In this document: one piece after another, positions 44,980 through 53,920 of the stretch
Layout: each line of letters begins with the position of its first letter
Numbering within the stretch: position 1 is the stretch's first letter
From: a virus
Lineage: Duplodnaviria; Caudoviricetes
Reading direction: 5' to 3' (one strand)
IMG/VR virus record: IMGVR_UViG_3300036832_000372
Location: 1-54,572 of that record
Length of the DNA: 54,572 nucleotides
Translations under genes and position numbers: made by a program
The notes under the pieces: model-generated
Told to the model about the DNA's origin: nothing
The model's input: only the letters and a program-made list of their open reading frames with translations
Databases searched by the model: none

Positions 44980-47291
44980 TGGCAGACAACGAAACCGTAA
45001 CAAAAGTCGTCGTAACCGCCGACATCAAGCTCAAGGGAGCGTTCGATCAAGCGGCTCGAAGCTTCAATCAGTACTTCAAGGCGACCGACGACTTCTGGAA
45101 GCACCAGACCCAGCGCGTCAAGGACCACGATGACGCTGCCAAGAAGCTGGCCAGGCGGGTGTCGGGTTCGGGGAAAGAGGAGATCGCCGGTGCGTTCGGC
45201 TACGCCGCTGCCGCAGTCGTTGGCTTTGCCGAAGGCATGGCCGAGGCTTCCAAGCACGCGGCCGAGGAGATCGGAGAGTACGCCAAGGAGTCGGTGTTCG
45301 CCGTAGCCGACTACGAGAAGGCCTACAACCGCCTCATCGCGACAGGGAAGATCAACAGAGAGGAGATCGAGCACCTCGAGGAGAGCTGGCGAGCCAAGCT
45401 GGGACCGTCGGTCGACAAGGGCAACGAGAAGCTCATGCAGGACCTGACCAAGCTTCTCAGCCTCAACGAGAATCTCAAAGAATACTTCCCAACATTAGAG
45501 AGAATCACGAAGACGACCGGAGCCAGCTTCACGTCGGTCCTCAACATGGCCAACGCCGCCTGGGTCGCCGGCGTCAAGAACGAGGACATGCCAGAGTACC
45601 TCAAGCGGGTCGGCTGGATGTTCCAGGAGATCGGTCAGCAGGGCATCGCCGCCTCCACCAAGGTGAGTCAGAGATACAAGATACTGGGGATACAGGGAGC
45701 CGAACTCAACAAGGATATCGCCACCGTCGTGACAGGTCTCACCGGGTCGGTGCTCGGCAACGCCTCCCAGGTTGGGGAGAGTCTCATCACCTTCATGGAG
45801 CAGGTCGCCAAGGGCGGCGGCGACTCCAAGATGCAGGCGTTCGTGACCGACCTGAGGACGGGGAAGATGACCCTGATCGAGTTTCTCGACATGCTGGTCG
45901 AGAAGAACGATCCTACCGCCAGGGCCTTCCAGCGTCTCCTCGAGAACGACCCGGTGACCAAGGGTCTAGCTACTGCCTACAAGGAGAGGCAGGAGCTGAT
46001 TCACGAGCTTCACGATAAGCAGTTCCCTGATCTCGAGAAGCACCCGATGGTGAACTCCGAGACGGCGAACGCGATCAACTATCTTGTCTTCGAGCTGAGA
46101 GAGCTGAACAAAGAGGTAGGAAATCTTCTCCACATAGGAGATGCCATAGCGTTCATAGCCAACGCCTTGGAGAGAACTAACTCGGCTCTCAGGCATCTTC
46201 CTGAGTTCACCAAGCCAGAGAACGTCCTCAAGGACGTCGCTGAGCCGAGCACCATCGGCGTGCTGTCCGGCCTGGCTGGCATCATGAAGATGATCCTGGA
46301 GCAGGCTCGCAAGAAGCAGACAGAGCCACCCCCTGGTGAGCCAAAGAAGTTCGCCGAGGGTGGCACCGTCGATCGCGATACCTTGGCGGTGACCAGCGAG
46401 ACCGGTGCCCCAGAGGCGATCGTGGGCGCTGACGGCACCATCAAGAGGATGACCGACAAGGCAACGATATCTACTCTCAACGCTGGTGACAGCGTCGTGC
46501 CGTTCGCCGGCAAGGGCGGTGGCAGTGGCGGCGGTGGAGCGTCAGGCTCTGTAGAGATGCCGAGCGGCCTGCCGAGGCAGCTCACGCCTGGCTTCAACCC
46601 TGACACCGCGAGGTATGGCCCGAGCAGTGAGGGCTGGTACTATACCAAGGGCACCAACTACGGCGGTCATCCGGGTGACCCGAGTCGCGGCATCCCGAGG
46701 ATAGTGGACCCCGGTGACCCGTTTGGCTCGAACCAGGCCCGGGTGAAAGAGGAGCATCAGGGCGTCTCGCTGCCAGGAACTCCCTTCGGAGGCACTGAGT
46801 CGCGCGGCCCTGAGCTCAACCAGACATATCTGGTGCAGCTGCCCGATGGATCTTACACGCTGCAGCGCGTAACCGACACCGGACCCGGGCACAAGGGTCA
46901 CGGTGGGATCGACATATCTGTCGGCGCCATCGTACGCGAGGGCCAGAATCCTCGCAACTTTGGTGGGGATGTCCGCTACAGGAAATACACAGGCGGGCCT
47001 CTGCCTGAGAACATGCGCATCGGCAGGAACGCTGTCACTGCCGGCGGATATCTCGACCCAAGCAGCGGTGAGGGGTCGCTGCCGTATGGCTCACCGGAGT
47101 ACGACATCCCGAACCGGTACCGGCCAGAGCCAGCGCAGGCATTCAGGTCGACGATGAAGGTCAAGATGGAAGTCGAGCCACCTCCGCGTCACCAGATCGA
47201 GCGTGCCGGGCGCCACCAGTCTCAGATCGACACTCATCGCCTGCGTCGCAGGCGTCAGGCTGAGTCCGCCGGCAACATAGGGTTCGCGTAG
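44979..47291 (+). CDS. Tape-measure-like protein 2 (paralog) with RlpA/DPBB-like domain
   Basis: N-terminus colinear with TMP1; FAEGGTV..TLAVTSETGAPEAIV; VTDTGP..GIDIS. Confidence 0.8.
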   Translation: MADNETVTKVVVTADIKLKGAFDQAARSFNQYFKATDDFWKHQTQRVKDHDDAAKKLARRVSGSGKEEIAGAFGYAAAAVVGFAEGMAEASKHAAEEIGEYAKESVFAVADYEKAYNRLIATGKINREEIEHLEESWRAKLGPSVDKGNEKLMQDLTKLLSLNENLKEYFPTLERITKTTGASFTSVLNMANAAWVAGVKNEDMPEYLKRVGWMFQEIGQQGIAASTKVSQRYKILGIQGAELNKDIATVVTGLTGSVLGNASQVGESLITFMEQVAKGGGDSKMQAFVTDLRTGKMTLIEFLDMLVEKNDPTARAFQRLLENDPVTKGLATAYKERQELIHELHDKQFPDLEKHPMVNSETANAINYLVFELRELNKEVGNLLHIGDAIAFIANALERTNSALRHLPEFTKPENVLKDVAEPSTIGVLSGLAGIMKMILEQARKKQTEPPPGEPKKFAEGGTVDRDTLAVTSETGAPEAIVGADGTIKRMTDKATISTLNAGDSVVPFAGKGGGSGGGGASGSVEMPSGLPRQLTPGFNPDTARYGPSSEGWYYTKGTNYGGHPGDPSRGIPRIVDPGDPFGSNQARVKEEHQGVSLPGTPFGGTESRGPELNQTYLVQLPDGSYTLQRVTDTGPGHKGHGGIDISVGAIVREGQNPRNFGGDVRYRKYTGGPLPENMRIGRNAVTAGGYLDPSSGEGSLPYGSPEYDIPNRYRPEPAQAFRSTMKVKMEVEPPPRHQIERAGRHQSQIDTHRLRRRRQAESAGNIGFA

Positions 47292-47292
47292 C

Positions 47293-47841
47293 ATGCCCAA
47301 CACAGCTCAAGCAGGCCTGCCAGACTTTCGCACGACGAGGCCGGACACCACTGGCTGGTACGCTCCCTCGCTCAGCGTCGCTGGCGAGGGCAGCACGAAC
47401 AGGCCTGTCCTCTACAGCTGGGGGCATGTTCTGTTCCAGGTGATGCCCCTCAACGTCCACGAGGTCGACTACGAGTCAGCGACGGACTGGGCGCACAAGG
47501 AGATTGCGGGGGCGCCGATCTACCGCGAGTGGGTCGGTGAGAACGATGAATTAGTTCACCTGAGGGGACGGATCTTCCCCTACCGCATCGGCGGCATGAA
47601 CGAGCTCGAGAGCATGGAGTCGATGCGTCGGAAGGGGGTGCCGAACCCTCTGATCAGAGGTAACCCGGCGATGATGCTGGGATGGTTCGTGTGCGAGCGC
47701 CTCGTTCGCTCCCACACCTTCCTGTCCACTCAGGGCATCGGGCAGCAGGTGACGTTCGAGGCGGTGATGGCGCGGATGCCAGTCCCCGCGTCGGACCAGT
47801 ACTTCGCTCAGATGTGGCAGACCAACGGAGCTGGAGGGTAG
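47293..47841 (+). CDS. Tail protein, P2 gpU-like
   Basis: WAHKEIAGA..EWVGE..LRGRIFP..LGWFV. Confidence 0.88.
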   Translation: MPNTAQAGLPDFRTTRPDTTGWYAPSLSVAGEGSTNRPVLYSWGHVLFQVMPLNVHEVDYESATDWAHKEIAGAPIYREWVGENDELVHLRGRIFPYRIGGMNELESMESMRRKGVPNPLIRGNPAMMLGWFVCERLVRSHTFLSTQGIGQQVTFEAVMARMPVPASDQYFAQMWQTNGAGG

Positions 47842-47842
47842 C

Positions 47843-48115
47843 ATGGCGATCACCGGATTCGAGCTCGTCCAGGTGACGACGGAGTATGTCACAGCAGACT
47901 TGATCATCTGGAAGCGATACATGAACAAGGCGTTCGGCATGGTCGAGCTGATGCTCGACGCCAACCCCCAGCTCGCCTTCGCTCACCGGTCATCGCCATT
48001 CATCCCGGTCGGGACCTACCTGAGAGTGCCGATTGACCCTGGACTCATAGCGGGGCGGCCTCAGCCGAAGAGTCAGGACAGCCTGTGGACTGACAAGCTA
48101 GGCTACACGATCTGA
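47843..48115 (+). CDS. Tail protein, P2 gpX-like
   Basis: DLIIWKRY..VELMLDANPQLA..IPVGTYLRVP..LW. Confidence 0.9.
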   Translation: MAITGFELVQVTTEYVTADLIIWKRYMNKAFGMVELMLDANPQLAFAHRSSPFIPVGTYLRVPIDPGLIAGRPQPKSQDSLWTDKLGYTI

Positions 48116-49368
48116 TGGCGCTCACCCTCACTCTCGCTGACCCAGAGATCTTCGATCCTTATTCCTCCCTGGCAGACCCGATCCAGTCGAACCGCCTCCG
48201 CGCCTACGTCAAGATCGAGATCGGCAGCGGCAGCTACTTCATGGACGTCACCAGCAAGGTCGACCCTCACCTGGTCATGGTGAGGATACTGACCGGTGCG
48301 CACATCGAGGACTACCAGTGCGAGATCGAGCTCGACGACAGGGACGGATCACTCCCTATCCCGCCGATCGAGTCGCCGCTGAACATCAGCCTCGGGTGGG
48401 TGGGGGAGAATCTCCATCTAGTGTGGGAAGGCGTCATCCACGACATCGAGCACGGGTTCGGCCGCAAGCAGGGCGGCCGCCGGATGTGGATACACGGTCT
48501 CGGCGCGGAGATGCTCGGAGGCGGCAAGGAGCCGCAGAACAATCACTGGGGCGAGGGAGCCAAGGACGGTCAGGAGAGCGGCATCAAGCTTCCCGTCTCG
48601 ACCGCCCTGAAGGCTGCCGCCAAGGAAGCGAACCACGAGATAGAGGTGCACCCGGACTTCGACAAGACCGAGCTCCAGAAGGACTGGTACCAGCAGGCCG
48701 GCGAGAGCTACTACCACTTCGCCAAGCGGCTGGCCGACGAGTACGGAGCGGTGTTCCGCGTCAAGGCCGGCAACAAGGGCCAGTTCACCAAGCAGGGCCA
48801 GAACATCGACGGCACGCCCACACCGAACGTCATGGCAGTGTGGGGCAAGAATCTGATCGGCTGGAGAGTCAGGCCCGTCTCGACGCGACAGATGTGGGCC
48901 CAGACCAGCGGACACTTCTTTGACGTCGGAAAGTCGATGTGGGATCAAGTCAAGAGCGCTGTCACGGCGTCAACGCCGTTCAACTTCGCCTCAGCTGGGT
49001 TCCAGCGGGCTCAGCCTGCAGCCAACCAGGAGCAGGCCAGCGGACAGAACCAGGGTGACGACGACGGCATCGGTCAGCAGCAGGGTCAGGGCCGCATCGT
49101 CATCAACGGCGAGCCGACCGCTCAGGGCAACTGCATCGTGCAGCTGTCTGGCGCTAGGCCCGGCGTCGACGGCTCGTACTGGGCTCAGACGATCGAGCAC
49201 ATCTACAGCAGGCAGGGCTACGTCACGTGGTGCGACGTCCAGGCGGTGCAACTCACTGACGCCGAGCTCGCCTATCTTCACTTCAAGCCGCCGCTCCCGC
49301 CGCCGCGACCGCCTGAGGCGCCTCAGGCGCCGCCCGCCGTACCGCCTAATCTGCAACAAGGAGTCTAG
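48115..49368 (+). CDS. Baseplate hub, P2 late control gpD-like
   Basis: CEIELDDRDG..LGW, QAGESYYHFAKRLADEYGA, G.RPGVDGSY..IEH..SRQGY.T. Confidence 0.9.
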   Translation: MALTLTLADPEIFDPYSSLADPIQSNRLRAYVKIEIGSGSYFMDVTSKVDPHLVMVRILTGAHIEDYQCEIELDDRDGSLPIPPIESPLNISLGWVGENLHLVWEGVIHDIEHGFGRKQGGRRMWIHGLGAEMLGGGKEPQNNHWGEGAKDGQESGIKLPVSTALKAAAKEANHEIEVHPDFDKTELQKDWYQQAGESYYHFAKRLADEYGAVFRVKAGNKGQFTKQGQNIDGTPTPNVMAVWGKNLIGWRVRPVSTRQMWAQTSGHFFDVGKSMWDQVKSAVTASTPFNFASAGFQRAQPAANQEQASGQNQGDDDGIGQQQGQGRIVINGEPTAQGNCIVQLSGARPGVDGSYWAQTIEHIYSRQGYVTWCDVQAVQLTDAELAYLHFKPPLPPPRPPEAPQAPPAVPPNLQQGV

Positions 49369-49370
49369 AA

Positions 49371-49745
49371 ATGGTCGCTTCTCTAGAAGACGTGGTGCTC
49401 GACTTCGGCCTGAACACTCTCCACGCGAACAGTTCGTTCCTCTCGATCTGCGCCGCTGAGCCGACGACGATAGCTGTCGCGTCCAGCACTGGTCTCCTCG
49501 GATACAAGAGCTGGGGCGCCGGTGGCGTGTTTGGAGCGATGGCTCCAGGATCTCCCAACGGGAGGCAGGTGACGTCGAGCCCGATCACTGACGGCACCAT
49601 CACGACCTCTGGCACTGCCTCGTGGTGGGCCGTCTACGCCGCGGGCACTCTGCACGCCCACGGCACTCTGTCGGCCGCCCAGGTCGTCACCGCCGGCAAC
49701 ACGTTCACGTTGACGTCATTCAGCATCCGCATACCCAACCAGTGA
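49371..49745 (+). CDS. Virion structural protein (beta-sandwich)
   Basis: ITDGTITTSGTASWWA..VTAGNTFTLTSFSI. Confidence 0.7.
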   Translation: MVASLEDVVLDFGLNTLHANSSFLSICAAEPTTIAVASSTGLLGYKSWGAGGVFGAMAPGSPNGRQVTSSPITDGTITTSGTASWWAVYAAGTLHAHGTLSAAQVVTAGNTFTLTSFSIRIPNQ

Positions 49746-49753
49746 AGGAAGTC

Positions 49754-51625
49754 ATGCTCGAAGCAACACTCAGTCCGAACACACACGAGTGCCGCCACGG
49801 CAAGTTCACTATCTTCAACGAGGATGAGCTCGTCGGGATGTCGCTCGCCATGTACGGCGAGTACTCCGAGGGTGAGGTCGTCGTCTTCCAGACGTGCCTC
49901 CGCGAGGGGAACGTCGTCGTCGAGGTCGGGGCTAATATCGGTGCCTTCACAGTGCCGATGGCTAAGATCGTCGGCGAGAGCGGCATGGTCATCGCGTTCG
50001 AGGCGGCGATGGCCAACGTGTCGCTGCTCCACGCTAACGTCAAGCAGAATGACCTGTCCAACGTTGCAGTCATCCCCGTCGCTGCCAGCGACAGGGCTGG
50101 TGAGCTCGAGGTGTCGCGGCAGGACGCTCTCCACGCCTACACCAGGAGAGACATCAACACTGGCGCCTTTCGAGTGCCGTGCCGCACCATCGACAGCCTG
50201 AGCTTGCCGAAGTGCAACTTCATCAAGATCGACGTCGATCGCCACGAGATCCAGGTCCTCAGGGGCGCCGAGGAGACGATCAAGAGGTGCAGGCCGATCA
50301 TCTACGTGGAGAACGAGGACCAGGGGAAGAGCGAGGCTCTGATCGCCTGGCTGGTCGACCACGGCTATCGCCTCTACTGGCACAGGCCGAGCCAGTACAA
50401 CCAGAAGAACTTCCGCGGCGAGAAGCGGAACGTGTTCGGCACGCTGATCTCGATCATGATGCTGTGCGTCCCTGACGACGATTGGAGCTACGACGTCCGC
50501 GGTCTCGACGAGGTGGCGGACATCCGTCAGGATGACGATATGTTCAACCGGGAGATCGTCAGGTACGCGAAGATAGTCCGGAAGCGGCCAGACGACCTGA
50601 TGAGCCGCCTGCTGCAGGCGCACTACCTCAACCTGATGCAGTTCAGCTCTGAGGCCAGAGACCTGATCGCCGAGAACCTAGCGATCGATCCGAGTCACCA
50701 GGCGTCGAGGAACATCAAGGCGCTGATGGACCTCCAGGACGGGAACTGGCACGAGGGCTGGCAGGGGTACGAGCTCAGGTACGGTCACGCTAACCTTCAC
50801 CTCTTCGGCGGCCACCGTCAGCACCTCGACGCCGATGGCAGGAAGATCCCTCGCTGGAACGGCTCCCCCACTCAGGAGCCAGTGCTGATCTGGACCGAGC
50901 AGGGCTTCGGCGATCAGATCATGTTCGCCAGGTTCATGAGGCACGTCCTCAAGCGAGCGCCTCACGCGTTCATGGAGGTGCAGCCTGAGCTGTTCGAGCT
51001 GTTCGAGTACTCTGACTCGACCCTCGGCTTCGAGTTCTACGACGCCGTATTCCGATCTCGGCGGTACCTGCCACAGTACACCAGGCACCTGCCGTTACCG
51101 TCGGTGCCAGCCACTCTCGACGCCGACGAGAGCATGATCAGGATGACCGAGCCGTACCTCATCGTGGACCCCGACACCGTCGCCAACTGGACCTTCGGCG
51201 GCAGGAACCCGTTCGCCGCAGGCCGCGACCCCCTCAACGGGACACGGGTCGGCCTGTGCACCGTCGGGTCCCTGACCTCGGAGAGACCCTACACCAGGGA
51301 CCTCCCGGCGGATCTGGTAGCCGAGTTCGTCAAGCAGCACGGGCCGTTCTTCTCGCTGGAGAGCTCCGGTCAGTTCGAGTCGTTCGCCACCACGGCCGCC
51401 GCCATCATGGCCCTCGACCTGGTCATCACGGTCGACACTTCGATCGCTCATCTCGCGGGGGCGCTGGGGAAGCCAGTGTGGCTGCTCCTCTCGTGGGACC
51501 CCGACTGGCGGTGGGGGCTCTACGGAGAGAAGACGATATGGTACCCGTCGATGAGGATCTTCCGGCAGCCGAAGTTCAGAGACTGGAAGTCAGTCCTTGA
51601 GAGGGTCGGTGCGGAGCTGGCGTGA
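49754..51625 (+). CDS. FkbM-family methyltransferase + TPR + GT-B (GT9-like) glycosyltransferase fusion
   Basis: VVEVGANIG, IKIDVD..E; helical linker; EQGFGDQIMFARF; LDLVITVDTSIAHLAGALGKP..DWRW..WYPSMRIFRQ. Start at 49754 after AAGGA. Confidence 0.88.
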   Translation: MLEATLSPNTHECRHGKFTIFNEDELVGMSLAMYGEYSEGEVVVFQTCLREGNVVVEVGANIGAFTVPMAKIVGESGMVIAFEAAMANVSLLHANVKQNDLSNVAVIPVAASDRAGELEVSRQDALHAYTRRDINTGAFRVPCRTIDSLSLPKCNFIKIDVDRHEIQVLRGAEETIKRCRPIIYVENEDQGKSEALIAWLVDHGYRLYWHRPSQYNQKNFRGEKRNVFGTLISIMMLCVPDDDWSYDVRGLDEVADIRQDDDMFNREIVRYAKIVRKRPDDLMSRLLQAHYLNLMQFSSEARDLIAENLAIDPSHQASRNIKALMDLQDGNWHEGWQGYELRYGHANLHLFGGHRQHLDADGRKIPRWNGSPTQEPVLIWTEQGFGDQIMFARFMRHVLKRAPHAFMEVQPELFELFEYSDSTLGFEFYDAVFRSRRYLPQYTRHLPLPSVPATLDADESMIRMTEPYLIVDPDTVANWTFGGRNPFAAGRDPLNGTRVGLCTVGSLTSERPYTRDLPADLVAEFVKQHGPFFSLESSGQFESFATTAAAIMALDLVITVDTSIAHLAGALGKPVWLLLSWDPDWRWGLYGEKTIWYPSMRIFRQPKFRDWKSVLERVGAELA

Positions 51626-52899
51626 GCGTATTCCTCCACGACCTCGGGTCGACGAGCTCAACGAGCTCGAGAGTATCTATCCCTGTCGCTGGACCTATCC
51701 CCGTCGGTAGCCTCATCTGCGTCGGCGTGTCGCTGTACACTTCTGGTGTTGTCACCGGAACTCCGTCAGTCACCGACAACTCAGGCAACACTTACAAGTT
51801 AGCCGCCTCGAAGCTGCTCCAGTCGTCAGCGCAGAATGCTCCGAGTCTATGGGCCGGCTTCTTCTATGCCCCTAACTGCAAGGGAGTAAATCCTAACACA
51901 CAGATCACCTTCGACTTCAATCCGACGAATACTTCAGCATCTGTAGTGATGTCCGCAGGGTGGGCTAGTGGCATCGTCGCTCTGGTCGATCCTCTCTCCA
52001 CCGTGAAGATGAACAGTGGTAACACCGTCTCCAAGACGACAGTGACGGTCAGCTCGATCGTATCTCTGACGCCCGGTGACCTCATGTGGGGCTTCCTCGG
52101 CATGTCTCCGTGGGACATCAACGTCCAGGCAGCCTACAACGAGGACACTAGCCTCAGGTGGGCGTCGCCACCGTTTCAGAGGTGGTACTCCTACGACGGT
52201 AAGATCGGTCTCTCCGGTCCCACTGTCATCAACCCGAACGGCACTGGCATCGTCACCTGGACGCCGCGCATCCCCACGAGCGACTTCTGGATCGCGATCA
52301 TGTGCGGATTCAAGGTCGCTGAGACGACCAACCTCAGCGCTGTCGGGTACGACGTGGGGCGGCCAGAGATAGGGCCCACTGGGTTCTCAGTCTACGGCAA
52401 CTCGGTGCCTAGGGGGATCACCGTCGGGTCGCCGTTCATCGAGGCGCCCAGCACCAACATATCGAATCCGCAGGTCGTCTGCCTGACTCACCGCGACGAC
52501 GGCATCATGGAGAGCTTGTTCACCAACGTGAACGTCGACTTCACGCTGGAGACAGACTCCAACTCTATCGTCGGCCGAACTGACCCTGGCCGCGGTCAGG
52601 TTCAGCGCGTCACTGTCCAGTATCCTCTAGTCATGGGCAGCGGAGCTATCACTCTCGACTCCACCGGCGCCATGGGGGACATCCCCAACCGGGTCGTCGT
52701 CCTCGAGACACAGATTCAGCAGATGGTCCTGCAGTCCGCTGTCTTCACTCAGGCGCTCGTCGACATCAGGAACCAGATCGCAGATCTCCAGAGAGCGGTG
52801 TCTCAGCTCCAGTCTGCCGTCAACGTCAGCAACATCTACATCCTGCGGCAGCCGATCACTACCGCGTCTCCGACGATCGGCAAGCCAACGCTCGGGTAA
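51622..52899 (+). CDS. Virion structural/fibre-like protein with coiled-coil C-terminus
   Basis: VTDNSGNTY domain, VGxP motifs and a heptad C-terminus. Confidence 0.65.
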   Translation: MSVFLHDLGSTSSTSSRVSIPVAGPIPVGSLICVGVSLYTSGVVTGTPSVTDNSGNTYKLAASKLLQSSAQNAPSLWAGFFYAPNCKGVNPNTQITFDFNPTNTSASVVMSAGWASGIVALVDPLSTVKMNSGNTVSKTTVTVSSIVSLTPGDLMWGFLGMSPWDINVQAAYNEDTSLRWASPPFQRWYSYDGKIGLSGPTVINPNGTGIVTWTPRIPTSDFWIAIMCGFKVAETTNLSAVGYDVGRPEIGPTGFSVYGNSVPRGITVGSPFIEAPSTNISNPQVVCLTHRDDGIMESLFTNVNVDFTLETDSNSIVGRTDPGRGQVQRVTVQYPLVMGSGAITLDSTGAMGDIPNRVVVLETQIQQMVLQSAVFTQALVDIRNQIADLQRAVSQLQSAVNVSNIYILRQPITTASPTIGKPTLG

Positions 52900-52901
52900 C
52901 C

Positions 52902-53084
52902 ATGGACCTCACAGTAGGATCTCCCGTCATCGGCGTCGCGTCTGCCGTCGCAGTCACTACCGTCATAGTGAACTCCACCGTGAAGTCCGCAGTGGGTAGC
53001 GAGCAGTCGGCTGATAGCGAAGTGACGATCACCGCAGCCTTAGACGTCAAGTCGGTGCCTATATACAAGATTTTCTCCACCTGA
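52902..53084 (+). CDS. Small beta-rich protein
   Basis: Starts with the LTVGSPVIG motif. Confidence 0.55.
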   Translation: MDLTVGSPVIGVASAVAVTTVIVNSTVKSAVGSEQSADSEVTITAALDVKSVPIYKIFST

Positions 53085-53128
53085 GAAGTGGCACGCCGTC
53101 CGACCCTGAGATGGAAGCCATTTTGAGG

Positions 53129-53155
53129 CCGGTCCGGGCTGACAGTCCGGACCGG
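53129..53155. other. 12-bp inverted repeat
   Basis: CCGGTCCGGGCT-GAC-AGTCCGGACCGG in the intergenic gap. Confidence 0.6.
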
Positions 53156-53179
53156 TATCAGATCTGAGAGGTCAGCACC

Positions 53180-53554
53180 ATGCCTACGCATCACGAAGAT
53201 GTCGAGCTGACGGCAGGCGACAACTGGACGATATCAGGAGACCTCACTGACGTCAACGGCGACCCACTGGACCTCTCCGACGTGGTGACCATCCAGTGGA
53301 TCATGCTCGGTCCCGACGGTCTCCCGTGCCTCCCTGCAGGGTCGGCTGCGATCCTGGTCGTCAATCCTCCTACGCTCGGCCAGATCCAGGTCGTCGTCCC
53401 TAGTAGTGTCACCAAGCTTCTGGAGCCTGGCAGATACTACGATGCCCTGCGGGTGATCCTTCCACAAGAGTACATGGCGACTGTGTGGACTGGGTCCATA
53501 TCAGTCGACTGCAACGCCTTCGACGTGATCGACAACCCGCCACTGCTGAACTGA
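53180..53554 (+). CDS. Ig-like virion protein (BppU N-terminal-like)
   Basis: AGDNWTI..DVNGDPLDLS..GQIQV..T..L.PGRYYD. Confidence 0.65.
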   Translation: MPTHHEDVELTAGDNWTISGDLTDVNGDPLDLSDVVTIQWIMLGPDGLPCLPAGSAAILVVNPPTLGQIQVVVPSSVTKLLEPGRYYDALRVILPQEYMATVWTGSISVDCNAFDVIDNPPLLN

Positions 53555-53566
53555 GAGGAGTAATCC

Positions 53567-53920
53567 ATGCGAGTTCTACCAATCATGCTTGCGCTAGCGC
53601 TCACCGCGTGCAGCGGTGGCAGCTCTGTCAACATAGCTGACCTCGTCACCAAGGTCCAGCAGACCTGCGGCTTCGCCACCTCGTGGGAGGAGATCGCCAA
53701 GGTGATCGCGACGATGGTGTCGGGCTTCGACCCTAACCTCGGGTCAGGCGCTACCGTCGCTGTGGGGATCGGTAACTCGGTTGTCGACGGTATCTGCGGC
53801 GCAGTCAAGAACAAGATCAGCGCGTCTCAGCCACAGGCTCTGCTCACACCGACGGACACGACCGTCGTCGTCAACGGCGTGCCCGTCAAGGGCCGCATGG
53901 TCGCGAACGAGAAGAAGTAG
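53567..53920 (+). CDS. Lipoprotein, possibly part of the lysis cassette
   Basis: Lipobox LALTA|C; GAGGAG RBS. Confidence 0.75.
   Translation: MRVLPIMLALALTACSGGSSVNIADLVTKVQQTCGFATSWEEIAKVIATMVSGFDPNLGSGATVAVGIGNSVVDGICGAVKNKISASQPQALLTPTDTTVVVNGVPVKGRMVANEKK

Noticed and set aside
17516-49368. Tailocin, eCIS or gene transfer agent
   Set aside because: A complete packaging and capsid module accompanies the contractile tail, and the size and gene order do not match RcGTA.
53089-53105. Sigma-54 promoter at TGGCACG
   Set aside because: The -12 TTGC element is missing at the required spacing.
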